Source of the DNA: Pseudodesulfovibrio mercurii
GTDB lineage: Bacteria; Desulfobacterota; Desulfovibrionia; Desulfovibrionales; Desulfovibrionaceae
Assembly (NCBI RefSeq): GCF_000189295.2
Contig: NC_016803.1
Coordinates: 3,000,001-3,032,000, forward strand
DNA length: 32,000 nucleotides
Direction: 5' to 3'
Made by a program: the position numbers and the translations under genes. Under the pieces are notes generated by a model, which was not told where the DNA came from, ran no database searches, and was given only the letters and a program-made list of their open reading frames with translations. Of this stretch, positions 23,425 to 30,763 are shown piece after piece (within the stretch, counting starts at the first letter, position 1; every line of letters begins with the position of its first letter).

Positions 23425-25329
23425 ATGGAGTCGATGGAGATGAGTACGGTTCAGCCCGACGGGAAATCCCTGGGAGAGGTGCACGGCAGCGTCCAGACCC
23501 GTGACCCCAAGTTGTGGAAACGCATCTTCGCCTTTCTCGGGCCCGCCTACCTGGTCAGCGTGGGCTACATGGACCCCGGCAACTGGGCCACGGACCTGGA
23601 GGGCGGCTCCCGCTTCGGCTACGCCCTGATCTGGGTCGTGCTCATGTCCAACATGATGGCCGTGCTGCTCCAGACCCTGGCCGCCCGGCTGGGCATCGTC
23701 ACCGGCAAGGACCTGGCCCAGGCCTGCCGGGCCGAATATTCCAGGGCCGCGTCCTTCGTCCTCTGGCTCTTCTGCGAGGTGGCCATCGCGGCCTGCGACC
23801 TGGCCGAGGTCCTCGGGACCATCCTCGGCCTCAATCTGCTCTTCGGCCTCCCGCTCCTCTGGGGCGCGGCGGTCACGCTCTTCGACACCTTCCTGCTCCT
23901 GGTCATCCAGCGTCTGGGCATCCGCAAGATGGAGGCTTTCATCCTCTCCCTGATCACCGTCATAGCGGGCGGGTTCATCGTCAACCTCTTCCTGGCCAAG
24001 CCCGACTGGGGCGCGGCCGCCGCCGGGCTCGTCCCCTCCGTGCCCGAGGGCTCGGTCTACATCATCCTGGGCATCATCGGGGCCACGGTCATGCCCCACA
24101 ACCTGTATCTCCACTCCTCCCTGGTGCAGACCCGCAACGTGTCCCGCCTGGCGGACGCCAAGGCCCAGGCCTGCCGCTTCAACCTGCTGGACTCGACCAT
24201 CGCCCTGAACGCGGCCTTCTTCGTCAACGCCGCCATCCTGGTCCTGGCGGCGGCGGTCTTCCACCGCAACGGCATCGTGGTCACCGAGATCCAGCAGGCG
24301 GACCAGATGCTCGCCCAGCTGCTGGGCACCCAGGTGGCCCCCATCGCCTTCGGCCTGGCCCTGCTGGCCGCCGGGCAGAGCTCCACCCTGACCGGCACCC
24401 TGGCCGGGCAGATCGTTATGGAGGGGTTCGTCAAGGTCCGGCTGCGCCCCTATCTCCGGCGGCTGATCACCCGCTGCATCGCCCTGCTGCCCGCCGTGGT
24501 GGTCATCGCCCTGTTCGGCGACGCCGGGACCTACCGGCTGCTCATCCTGAGCCAGGTCATCCTCAGCCTGCAACTGCCCTTCGCCATCGTGCCCCTGGTC
24601 CACTTCACCGGGGATAGGCTGAAGATGGGCTCCTTCGCCAGCCGGTCGTGGGTCAAGGTCCTGGCCTGGCTGACCTCCGCCGTGATCATCGGGCTGAACG
24701 GCAAGCTGGTCTACGACCAGATCGCCGACTGGAGCGCCGGGGGCGCGCCGTTCATCGTCACGGCCCTCATCGTCCTGGCCGCCCTGGCCACCGGAGGGTT
24801 CCTGCTCTACCTGCTCGTCCTGCCGCTGGTGCGCGGTGAAAAGGGGTGGGCAGAGGAGACGCCCGGCGGGGCCCCGGCGGTCATCCGGGAGATCGAGACG
24901 CGCAAGGTCTCGCACGTGGCCGCGGCCCTGGGCCGGGACGCGGGCGACCCGGCGATCATCAGCCAGGCCCTGTCCATCGCGCAACGGGAGGGGGCCATGC
25001 TGTCCCTGGTCCATGTGACCGACACGGCCCTGGCCCAGGTCTTCGGCAGCGGCGCGGGCGGGGAGCAGCACGTTTACGACGAGCACACCCGCGAGGACGA
25101 GCAGTACCTGACGGAGATCGCCGAGGAGATCGCCACCACCGGCGTGGCCGTGGAACCGGTGCTCCTGTTCGGCGAGTCCTCCCCGGAGCTGATCAAGTTC
25201 GCGGCCGGGCACAACGTGGACATGCTGGTCATGGGCTCCCACGGCCACCGCCTGCTCGGCGACCTGCTCTGGGGCGAGACCGTGGAGCCGGTGCGCCACC
25301 GGGTGAACATCCCCATCCTGGTGGTCTAG
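23425..25329 (+). CDS. mntH: Nramp-family divalent metal (Mn2+/Fe2+) transporter fused to a C-terminal universal stress protein (USP) domain
   Basis: GPAYLVSVGYMDPGNWATDL and GATVMPHNLYLHS are Nramp signatures, with ~11 hydrophobic segments. The last ~150 aa (MLSLVHVTD...GHNVDMLVMGSHGHRLLGDLLWGETVEPVRHRVNIPILVV) are USP-like. The start is one of three clustered ATGs (23425, 23434, 23440). Confidence 0.9.
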   Translation: MESMEMSTVQPDGKSLGEVHGSVQTRDPKLWKRIFAFLGPAYLVSVGYMDPGNWATDLEGGSRFGYALIWVVLMSNMMAVLLQTLAARLGIVTGKDLAQACRAEYSRAASFVLWLFCEVAIAACDLAEVLGTILGLNLLFGLPLLWGAAVTLFDTFLLLVIQRLGIRKMEAFILSLITVIAGGFIVNLFLAKPDWGAAAAGLVPSVPEGSVYIILGIIGATVMPHNLYLHSSLVQTRNVSRLADAKAQACRFNLLDSTIALNAAFFVNAAILVLAAAVFHRNGIVVTEIQQADQMLAQLLGTQVAPIAFGLALLAAGQSSTLTGTLAGQIVMEGFVKVRLRPYLRRLITRCIALLPAVVVIALFGDAGTYRLLILSQVILSLQLPFAIVPLVHFTGDRLKMGSFASRSWVKVLAWLTSAVIIGLNGKLVYDQIADWSAGGAPFIVTALIVLAALATGGFLLYLLVLPLVRGEKGWAEETPGGAPAVIREIETRKVSHVAAALGRDAGDPAIISQALSIAQREGAMLSLVHVTDTALAQVFGSGAGGEQHVYDEHTREDEQYLTEIAEEIATTGVAVEPVLLFGESSPELIKFAAGHNVDMLVMGSHGHRLLGDLLWGETVEPVRHRVNIPILVV

Positions 25330-25333
25330 CCGC

Positions 25334-25360
25334 AAAAAAAAACGGCCCCAAGCGGGGCCG
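25334..25360 (-). terminator. Rho-independent terminator for the minus-strand rlmH operon (the hairpin may also stop mntH)
   Basis: The plus strand reads A9-CGGCCCC-AAGC-GGGGCCG. On the minus strand this is a 7-bp GC stem followed by T9. Confidence 0.8.
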
Positions 25361-25461
25361 CGTGCACGGCGTTCTCCTCGGGCCGGGCACGCACCGCGTC
25401 CCCGACCATCCCATCAATCCCGGCGTTTACGGCCGGGCACGGCGCGCCCCTCGCGGGGCGC

Positions 25462-25719
25462 CTACTGCTTCGTGCCTTTTTCCGCCGCCTCGGCGGCCTC
25501 GGCGGCGGCCGCGCCCTCCTCGGTGGTCAGGGAGGCGTAGGCGTCCTTGAAGATCAGCTTGGTGGCCAGCTCGTCCGCCTTTTCGCCCAGCTCCATGAGG
25601 TGTTCGAGGAAGTCGATGATCAGCAGGCGGCGTTCCTCCTCGCCGTTTTCGAATTCGAACTGGCAGTCGCCGGAGTCGAAATAGTGGGCCACGCGTTCCA
25701 GGTAGTCGATGTCGAGCAT
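25462..25719 (-). CDS. Hypothetical small acidic protein (85 aa)
   Basis: GGAG lies 7 nt upstream of the ATG, which is 12 nt after the rlmH stop. Composition is ordinary, with an Ala/Glu-rich tail. No family recognised. Confidence 0.6.
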   Translation of the reverse strand: MLDIDYLERVAHYFDSGDCQFEFENGEEERRLLIIDFLEHLMELGEKADELATKLIFKDAYASLTTEEGAAAAEAAEAAEKGTKQ

Positions 25720-25731
25720 GGGAAATCTCCG

Positions 25732-26202
25732 TTAATCGTGGTGGTAGGGCATGTTCCGGTGGATGGTCCCGGCGCGGTAGAGCTGCTCCAGGAGCAGGAG
25801 CCGGGCCAGTTCGTGGGGCAGGGTCATGTCGGACAGCCGGATGGTGTGCCGGGCGGCCGCCTTGACCTCGTCGGACAGGCCGAAGGGGCCGCCGATGACG
25901 AAGACCGGCCGCTGGTTGGGCGCGTCGGTCCAGGCGCGGAGCTTGTCGGCCAGGGCGCGGCTGGTCAGCCGTTCGCCGAACTCGTCCAGGAGGATGAGCA
26001 CGTCGCCGGATTTGACCTTGGCCAGGATGCGCTCGCCCTCGACCCGGTTCTTGTCCGCCGGGGGGAGCTTGCCGGGCGCGTCCTTGATGACCGTCTCCTC
26101 CAGCGGGAAGAAGCGCGACAGCTTCTTCCAGTACAGGGCGCACCCGTCCTGGGAGAAGCGCTCCTTGAGCTTGCCCACCCAGATGAAGCCGATGCCGTTC
26201 AC
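25732..26202 (-). CDS. rlmH: 23S rRNA (pseudouridine1915-N3)-methyltransferase RlmH
   Basis: IWVGKLKE...VLILLDEFGERLTS...VFVIGGPFGLSDEV...IRLSDMTLPHELARLLLLEQLYRA is canonical RlmH. The GTG start at 26202 (GAGG upstream) overlaps the preceding gene's TGA (GTGA). Confidence 0.9.
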   Translation of the reverse strand: MNGIGFIWVGKLKERFSQDGCALYWKKLSRFFPLEETVIKDAPGKLPPADKNRVEGERILAKVKSGDVLILLDEFGERLTSRALADKLRAWTDAPNQRPVFVIGGPFGLSDEVKAAARHTIRLSDMTLPHELARLLLLEQLYRAGTIHRNMPYHHD

Positions 26203-26858
26203 CGGACCCTCATGAGCGCGGCGGACAGGGTTTCGCCGTCGTAGTCGATGCGCACGAACCCGCCGTGGGCGAGCATGCCGGGGTTGATGACCGGGGTCTC
26301 GCCGATGCGGTCCGTGCCCGAGGCCTCGTGGATGTGGCCGGTGACGGCCAGGGCGGGCTGGACCCGTTCCAGGAAGGCGCGCACCGCCGGGCTGCCCACG
26401 TGCTGGCCGTTGGACAGGCGGTCCACCTCGGTGTCGAGCGGCGGCTCGTGGATGATGCAGATGAGCCGCTCGAAGCCGTCGGTCAGGGCGTAGGTCTGGT
26501 CCAGCCACTCGGCCAGGGTGGCTTCCGGGACCTCGCCCGGCGTGCCGAAGGGGGTGGGGGTGGACAGCCCCACGCCCATGAGCTTGAGGCCGGGGGCCAG
26601 TTCGCGCACGCGCAGGTGGATGTCCATGTCCCGCTCGCGGATGTAGGCGGTCACCCCGTCGGTGTCCATGTTGCCGGGCTGGGCCAGGATGCGCGGGTTG
26701 AACCGGGCCACGTCGTCGAGCACGCGCTTGCCCGCCTCGCGGTCGCCCCGGTTGGTCAGGTCCCCGGTGACGATGACCCCGTCCGCTTCGGCCAGGCCGG
26801 GCACGGACCCCAGCAGGCCGGTTGATTCGTGTATGTCGCCGAACGCTATCCAGTACAT
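26199..26858 (-). CDS. Metallophosphoesterase-family protein
   Basis: The GDIH, GDLTNRGD, GNMD, IHEPP and TGHIH motifs appear in the canonical calcineurin-like phosphoesterase order. ATG at 26858 with GGAG 7 nt upstream. Confidence 0.85.
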   Translation of the reverse strand: MYWIAFGDIHESTGLLGSVPGLAEADGVIVTGDLTNRGDREAGKRVLDDVARFNPRILAQPGNMDTDGVTAYIRERDMDIHLRVRELAPGLKLMGVGLSTPTPFGTPGEVPEATLAEWLDQTYALTDGFERLICIIHEPPLDTEVDRLSNGQHVGSPAVRAFLERVQPALAVTGHIHEASGTDRIGETPVINPGMLAHGGFVRIDYDGETLSAALMRVR

Positions 26859-26932
26859 TGATGAGCTCCTTCGCAGAGATTGCCTGACCCTAACGGCGCG
26901 CCGGGCCCGCGTCAACGCATGGCGCATACCGC

Positions 26933-26962
26933 TTGACAGAAAAATAATTCTTATAGAATAAT
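26933..26962 (+). promoter_or_regulatory. Candidate sigma70-type promoter in an AT-rich island upstream of the AAA+ gene
   Basis: TTGACA (26933-26938), then TAGAAT at 15-nt or AATAAT at 18-nt spacing. AGAATAAT occurs twice (26955-26962 and 26969-26976). Palindrome ATTCT-TAT-AGAAT at 26947-26959. Confidence 0.35.
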
Positions 26963-26994
26963 GCGCAGAGAATAATTCAAGTGGAGCCATGAAC

Positions 26995-28116
26995 ATGAAG
27001 AATCCGTTCCGCATCACAACGCTTCGTCCCGAGGACCCGTTCTGCGACCGGGAACGGGAATTGGACGAACTGGTCCGGCACGGCCTGAACGGGGCGAGCG
27101 TGACCCTGTTCTCGCCGCGCAGGTACGGGAAGACCTCGCTGATCCTGCGCGTTCAGGACCGCATCGCCGGGCAGGGCGGGTACACCGTGTACGCGGACCT
27201 GTACCGCGTCATGTCCGTGGACGACCTGGCGGGGCGGCTGGCCAAGGCCGTGTACGAGGGGTTGAACCGCCGCGAGCCCCTGCTGGAAAAGGGCAGGCGG
27301 GCGGTCCTGCGCTTCTTTCAAACCTACCGCCCCACCTTTTCGCCCACGCCGGACGGCGGTGTGCAGATCGACGTGCGGCCCGTGGCCGGGCTGTCCGGGT
27401 ACGACCTGCTCGAAAGCCTGCTGGGGGAGATCGGCCGGTTTTCCGCCGAGTGCGGCCACCCCGTGCACGTGGCCCTGGACGAGTTCCAGGACATCGTCGG
27501 CATCGACAAGGGCAAGACCGAGGCGTTGCTGCGCGCACAGATGCAGACCCACGACGCGGCCTACCTGTACGCGGGCAGCCGCCGCCGCATCCTGCGGGCC
27601 ATGTTCGCGGACAACGGCAGGCCGTTCTACAACAGCAGCTTTCCCATGGAACTGCCGCCCTTGCCCCACGAGGCCCTGACCCGGTACATCCGCGACCGGT
27701 TCGCCGACGCGGGCGGACACATCCCGGAACCGTCGGCCGCGCGGGTCTCGGAGCGGGTGGAACAGTATCCGTACTATGCGCAGATGCTGGGGTATTTCCT
27801 GTTCGACGGGCCGCCGTCGCCCGGTCTCGAGGATGTGGACCGGGCCTTCGACCTCATGCTCGGCAACGAGCGCTACGCCTACCAGGGGATCATCGACGGG
27901 CTGACCTCGGTGCAGCAGGCCGTGCTCATCGGCCTGGCCAGGGAGCCCGGCGCCAAGCCCACATCCAGGGCCTTCCTGTCCGCCTACGGCCTGAGCGCGG
28001 GCGGTGTGCAGAAGGCGGTCAGCCACCTGCGCAACCAGGATTACGTGGTCGAGACGGACAAGGGGCTGGTCCTGGTCGATCCGGTGTTCCGCGAGTGGCT
28101 GGTGCGGACCTTCTGA
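26995..28116 (+). CDS. AAA+ ATP-binding protein of the ATPase_2 (Arch_ATPase)/DUF234 type with a C-terminal winged-helix-like region
   Basis: FCDRERELDEL precedes Walker A SPRRYGKTSL. Walker B VHVALDEFQ. YAGSRRRIL. The C-terminus LTSVQQAVLIGLA...VDPVFREWL is DUF234-like. GTGGAG lies 8 nt before the ATG at 26995; an alternative ATG is at 26989. Confidence 0.85.
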   Translation: MKNPFRITTLRPEDPFCDRERELDELVRHGLNGASVTLFSPRRYGKTSLILRVQDRIAGQGGYTVYADLYRVMSVDDLAGRLAKAVYEGLNRREPLLEKGRRAVLRFFQTYRPTFSPTPDGGVQIDVRPVAGLSGYDLLESLLGEIGRFSAECGHPVHVALDEFQDIVGIDKGKTEALLRAQMQTHDAAYLYAGSRRRILRAMFADNGRPFYNSSFPMELPPLPHEALTRYIRDRFADAGGHIPEPSAARVSERVEQYPYYAQMLGYFLFDGPPSPGLEDVDRAFDLMLGNERYAYQGIIDGLTSVQQAVLIGLAREPGAKPTSRAFLSAYGLSAGGVQKAVSHLRNQDYVVETDKGLVLVDPVFREWLVRTF

Positions 28117-28117
28117 T

Positions 28118-30535
28118 CTACTTGCCGCAGCCGCCGGAGGTCGTCTTGAGGGCCAGCTCGGCCAGCTCGGCCAAGCGCTGGTCCACCTTGCGGTAGAGGG
28201 TGCCGAGCGGGAACTGGCCGTTCTTGCCGCGCGTGCCGCACTTGAGTCCGGTCAGGATGAACAGGGCCTCCTCGATGGACGTGACCGGAAAGATGTGGAA
28301 CTTGCCCTCGTCCACGGCCCGGACCACCTCGTCCTTGAGCATCAGGTTGACCACGTTGTCCGCGGGCAGGATCACGCCCTGGCGGCCGGTCAGCTTGCGG
28401 CGGCGGCAGACCTCGAAGAACCCCTCGATCTTGCGGTTGACCCCGCCCACGGCCATGACCGCGCCGCTTTGCGAGACCGCGCCCGTCATGGCGTAGGACA
28501 GGTTGATGGGCGTGTCGGACAGGGCGGAGAGCAGGGAGGCCAGCTCCGCGCCCGAGGCCGAGTCGCCCTCGATGCCCGCGTAGGACTGCTCGAAACACAG
28601 CGACCCGGTCAGCACGATGGGCTTGTTCTGGGCGAACAGCCGGACCAGGTAGGACTTGATGATCATCATGCCCTTGGTGTGGATGGGCCCGCCCAGCTGG
28701 GCCTCGCGCTCCAGGTCCAGGATGCCGCCGTGGCCCACGCCCACGGTGCAGGATATCTGGTGCGGCAGGCCGAACTCGTAGTCCCCGAACAGGGTCACGG
28801 ACAGCCCGTTGGCCCGGCCGGTGCCGTACCCGTCGGTGTCCACCTTGATGACCTGGCGGTCGTAGTCGGCCATGAACTCCTCTTCGTAGAGGTTGGCCCG
28901 GTAGTCCTTGGCCCGGACCGCCTCGCTCATGGCCGAGACGTCCACGACCTCCTTGCCGGCCATGCGCGCCAGGGCCGAGGCCTCGATCATGCGTTCGCGG
29001 ATGAGCGGGATGAACAGGGACATCTTCTTCTGGTCCTCGGCCAGCCGGGAGGAGAAGTCGATGAGCCCGGCCATGGCCTCGCGGGTCAGGGGCAGGACCC
29101 CGGCCTCCCGCGCGGTCTGGCCGATGACCGAGATGTAGTTGCGGATGTTCGCCGCCGTGCGCGAGGTGGCGTGCTGGAGATGCGCCTTGAGCTTGAAATA
29201 CTTGGCGAACCGGTCGTCGCTGTAGAGCAGAACCTCGTAGTGCTCGTCCGTGCCGATGAGGACCACCTTGAGGTCCAGGTCGATGGGCTCGGGCTGGATG
29301 GTCCGGGCGCGGACCTGTTCCGGGTCCACCGGGTCCTCGATGCGCGACTGTCCGGACCGGAGCGCGCGCAGGAGCCCCTCCCAGGAGCTGAGGTTGGACA
29401 GCAGGTCCTCCACGTTGAGGATCAGGAACCCGCCGTTGGCCTGGTGCAGGGACCCCGCCTTGATCAGGGTGAAGTCCGTGTACAGCGCGCCCATTTCGGC
29501 CTCGCGCTCGATGGAGCCGAGCAGGTTGAAGGCCGTGGGGTGGTCCTCCACCACCACGGGCGCGCCCTTGGTCTTGCCGTTGTCCACGAACAGGTTGACC
29601 TCGAACCGGTTGAAGAAGTCCTCGCCCGTGGGCATGCCCTCGGGCAGCAGCCCGGCCAGGGAGTTGTCGCGCGGGGTGAACTGGTCCACGTTGTCCACCA
29701 CCTCGTCCGTGACCGCCGCGAAGTAGTCGGCCAGCCCCTTGATGTCCTTGAACTTGTCCGCCATGGGCGCGAAGCAGTCGGCCATGACCGCCTTGGCCGT
29801 CTCCCGTTGCAGCGCGGTCTCGGAGTCGCGCATGTCCATCTCGTTCTGGTTGATCTGGCGAAGGATGGAGCTGACCCCGGCCAGCAGCTCCTCGCCCTTG
29901 GCCTTGAGTTTCTTGCGCTGGGCGGGCTTGAGCTTGTCGAAGTCCTTGTCCGAGACCACCTCGCCGTCCACGATGGGCGACAGGGTCAGCACGCCCTCGT
30001 CGTCCAGGGACAGGGAAAAGTTCTCCTTCTCCGCCGTGTCGTCCATCTTGTTGAACAATTCCTCACGCTTGGCGTTGAACTTCTTGACGATGCGCTCGTG
30101 CTTCTTCTGGAAGGTGTCCTTCTCGAACCGGGCCGGAATCTCCTGGCGGATATGGGCGATGGCCTTGGTCTGGGCCGTCTTGAACTTGCGGCCCCGGCCT
30201 GCGGGCAGGGACACGGCGATGGGCTTGTCGCTGTCCTCGAAGTTGTACAGGTAGACCCAGTCCGCCGGGGGCGTGGCCTTGGCCGCGGCCGGTTTCAGGA
30301 AGGACTGCACGAAATAGGTGCGCCCCATGTTCGGCTCGCCCGCCACGTACAGGTTGTGCTCGTTGCCCTTGATCTCAAGCGCCAGGGACAGGGCGTGGAT
30401 CGCCCTGGGCTGGAGCCTGGAGTATACGTTCCGGGCCGGAACGTCGGCGCTGGTGGCGTAGGGAATGGTGGCCGGGTCCAGGGCCGCCCGCAGTTTGCTG
30501 CCGGGCAACCCCTTGGGGAAGGTCTTCTGGGTCAT
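28118..30535 (-). CDS. Lon-like (LonC-type) serine protease: AAA-like domain with a long helical insertion plus a Lon proteolytic domain
   Basis: 805 aa. P-loop-like GEPNMGRT. A ~300-aa Lys/Glu-rich helical insertion precedes the Walker-B-like GGFLILNVED. The C-terminal Lon protease domain has IEGDSASGAEL (Ser) and GGVNRKIEG (Lys). Confidence 0.9.
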   Translation of the reverse strand: MTQKTFPKGLPGSKLRAALDPATIPYATSADVPARNVYSRLQPRAIHALSLALEIKGNEHNLYVAGEPNMGRTYFVQSFLKPAAAKATPPADWVYLYNFEDSDKPIAVSLPAGRGRKFKTAQTKAIAHIRQEIPARFEKDTFQKKHERIVKKFNAKREELFNKMDDTAEKENFSLSLDDEGVLTLSPIVDGEVVSDKDFDKLKPAQRKKLKAKGEELLAGVSSILRQINQNEMDMRDSETALQRETAKAVMADCFAPMADKFKDIKGLADYFAAVTDEVVDNVDQFTPRDNSLAGLLPEGMPTGEDFFNRFEVNLFVDNGKTKGAPVVVEDHPTAFNLLGSIEREAEMGALYTDFTLIKAGSLHQANGGFLILNVEDLLSNLSSWEGLLRALRSGQSRIEDPVDPEQVRARTIQPEPIDLDLKVVLIGTDEHYEVLLYSDDRFAKYFKLKAHLQHATSRTAANIRNYISVIGQTAREAGVLPLTREAMAGLIDFSSRLAEDQKKMSLFIPLIRERMIEASALARMAGKEVVDVSAMSEAVRAKDYRANLYEEEFMADYDRQVIKVDTDGYGTGRANGLSVTLFGDYEFGLPHQISCTVGVGHGGILDLEREAQLGGPIHTKGMMIIKSYLVRLFAQNKPIVLTGSLCFEQSYAGIEGDSASGAELASLLSALSDTPINLSYAMTGAVSQSGAVMAVGGVNRKIEGFFEVCRRRKLTGRQGVILPADNVVNLMLKDEVVRAVDEGKFHIFPVTSIEEALFILTGLKCGTRGKNGQFPLGTLYRKVDQRLAELAELALKTTSGGCGK

Positions 30536-30583
30536 GGGCTCTCGTTCAGGTTGATTTTGCGCGGCGTTTTCACCGTACCCCCG

Positions 30584-30612
30584 AATCTAAGCCCTTTCCC
30601 GCCGCTTGTCAC
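30584..30612 (-). promoter_or_regulatory. Candidate sigma70-type promoter for the Lon-like gene
   Basis: On the minus strand: GTGACA (30612-30607), 17-nt spacer, TAGATT (30589-30584), ~45 nt upstream of the ATG at 30535. Confidence 0.3.
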
Positions 30613-30708
30613 CACCCGCGTGGGCGTGGAACCGGGGTGGAGACGCCTTCCCCGGCGGACGGCGCGGCGGCGTCCCCGCGTTGGTCCCGCCGTCCGGCCC
30701 CGTGCCCG

Positions 30709-30739
30709 AAAAAAAGGGCGGCCTCGCGTGAGGCCGCCC
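30709..30739 (-). terminator. Rho-independent terminator of the peptidoglycan-binding protein gene
   Basis: The plus strand reads A7-GGGCGGCCTC-GCGT-GAGGCCGCCC. On the minus strand this is a 10-bp GC stem followed by T7. Confidence 0.85.
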
Positions 30740-30763
30740 CTGGTTTGCCGGTCGAAGGTCCGA

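Noticed and set aside
23023-25335. 770-aa minus-strand ORF antisense to mntH-USP
   Set aside because: The plus strand has Nramp signatures and regular TM segments. The antisense product is Gly/Asp/Gln/Pro/Arg-rich with no family resemblance.
26989-30535. AAA+ ATPase plus Lon-like protease as a BREX-type (BrxC/BrxL-like) defence module
   Set aside because: No methyltransferase, alkaline phosphatase-like, BrxA/BrxB or other companion genes are present. The genes are convergent. The protease has the LonC-type insertion architecture rather than an evident BrxL layout. The flanking genes are housekeeping.
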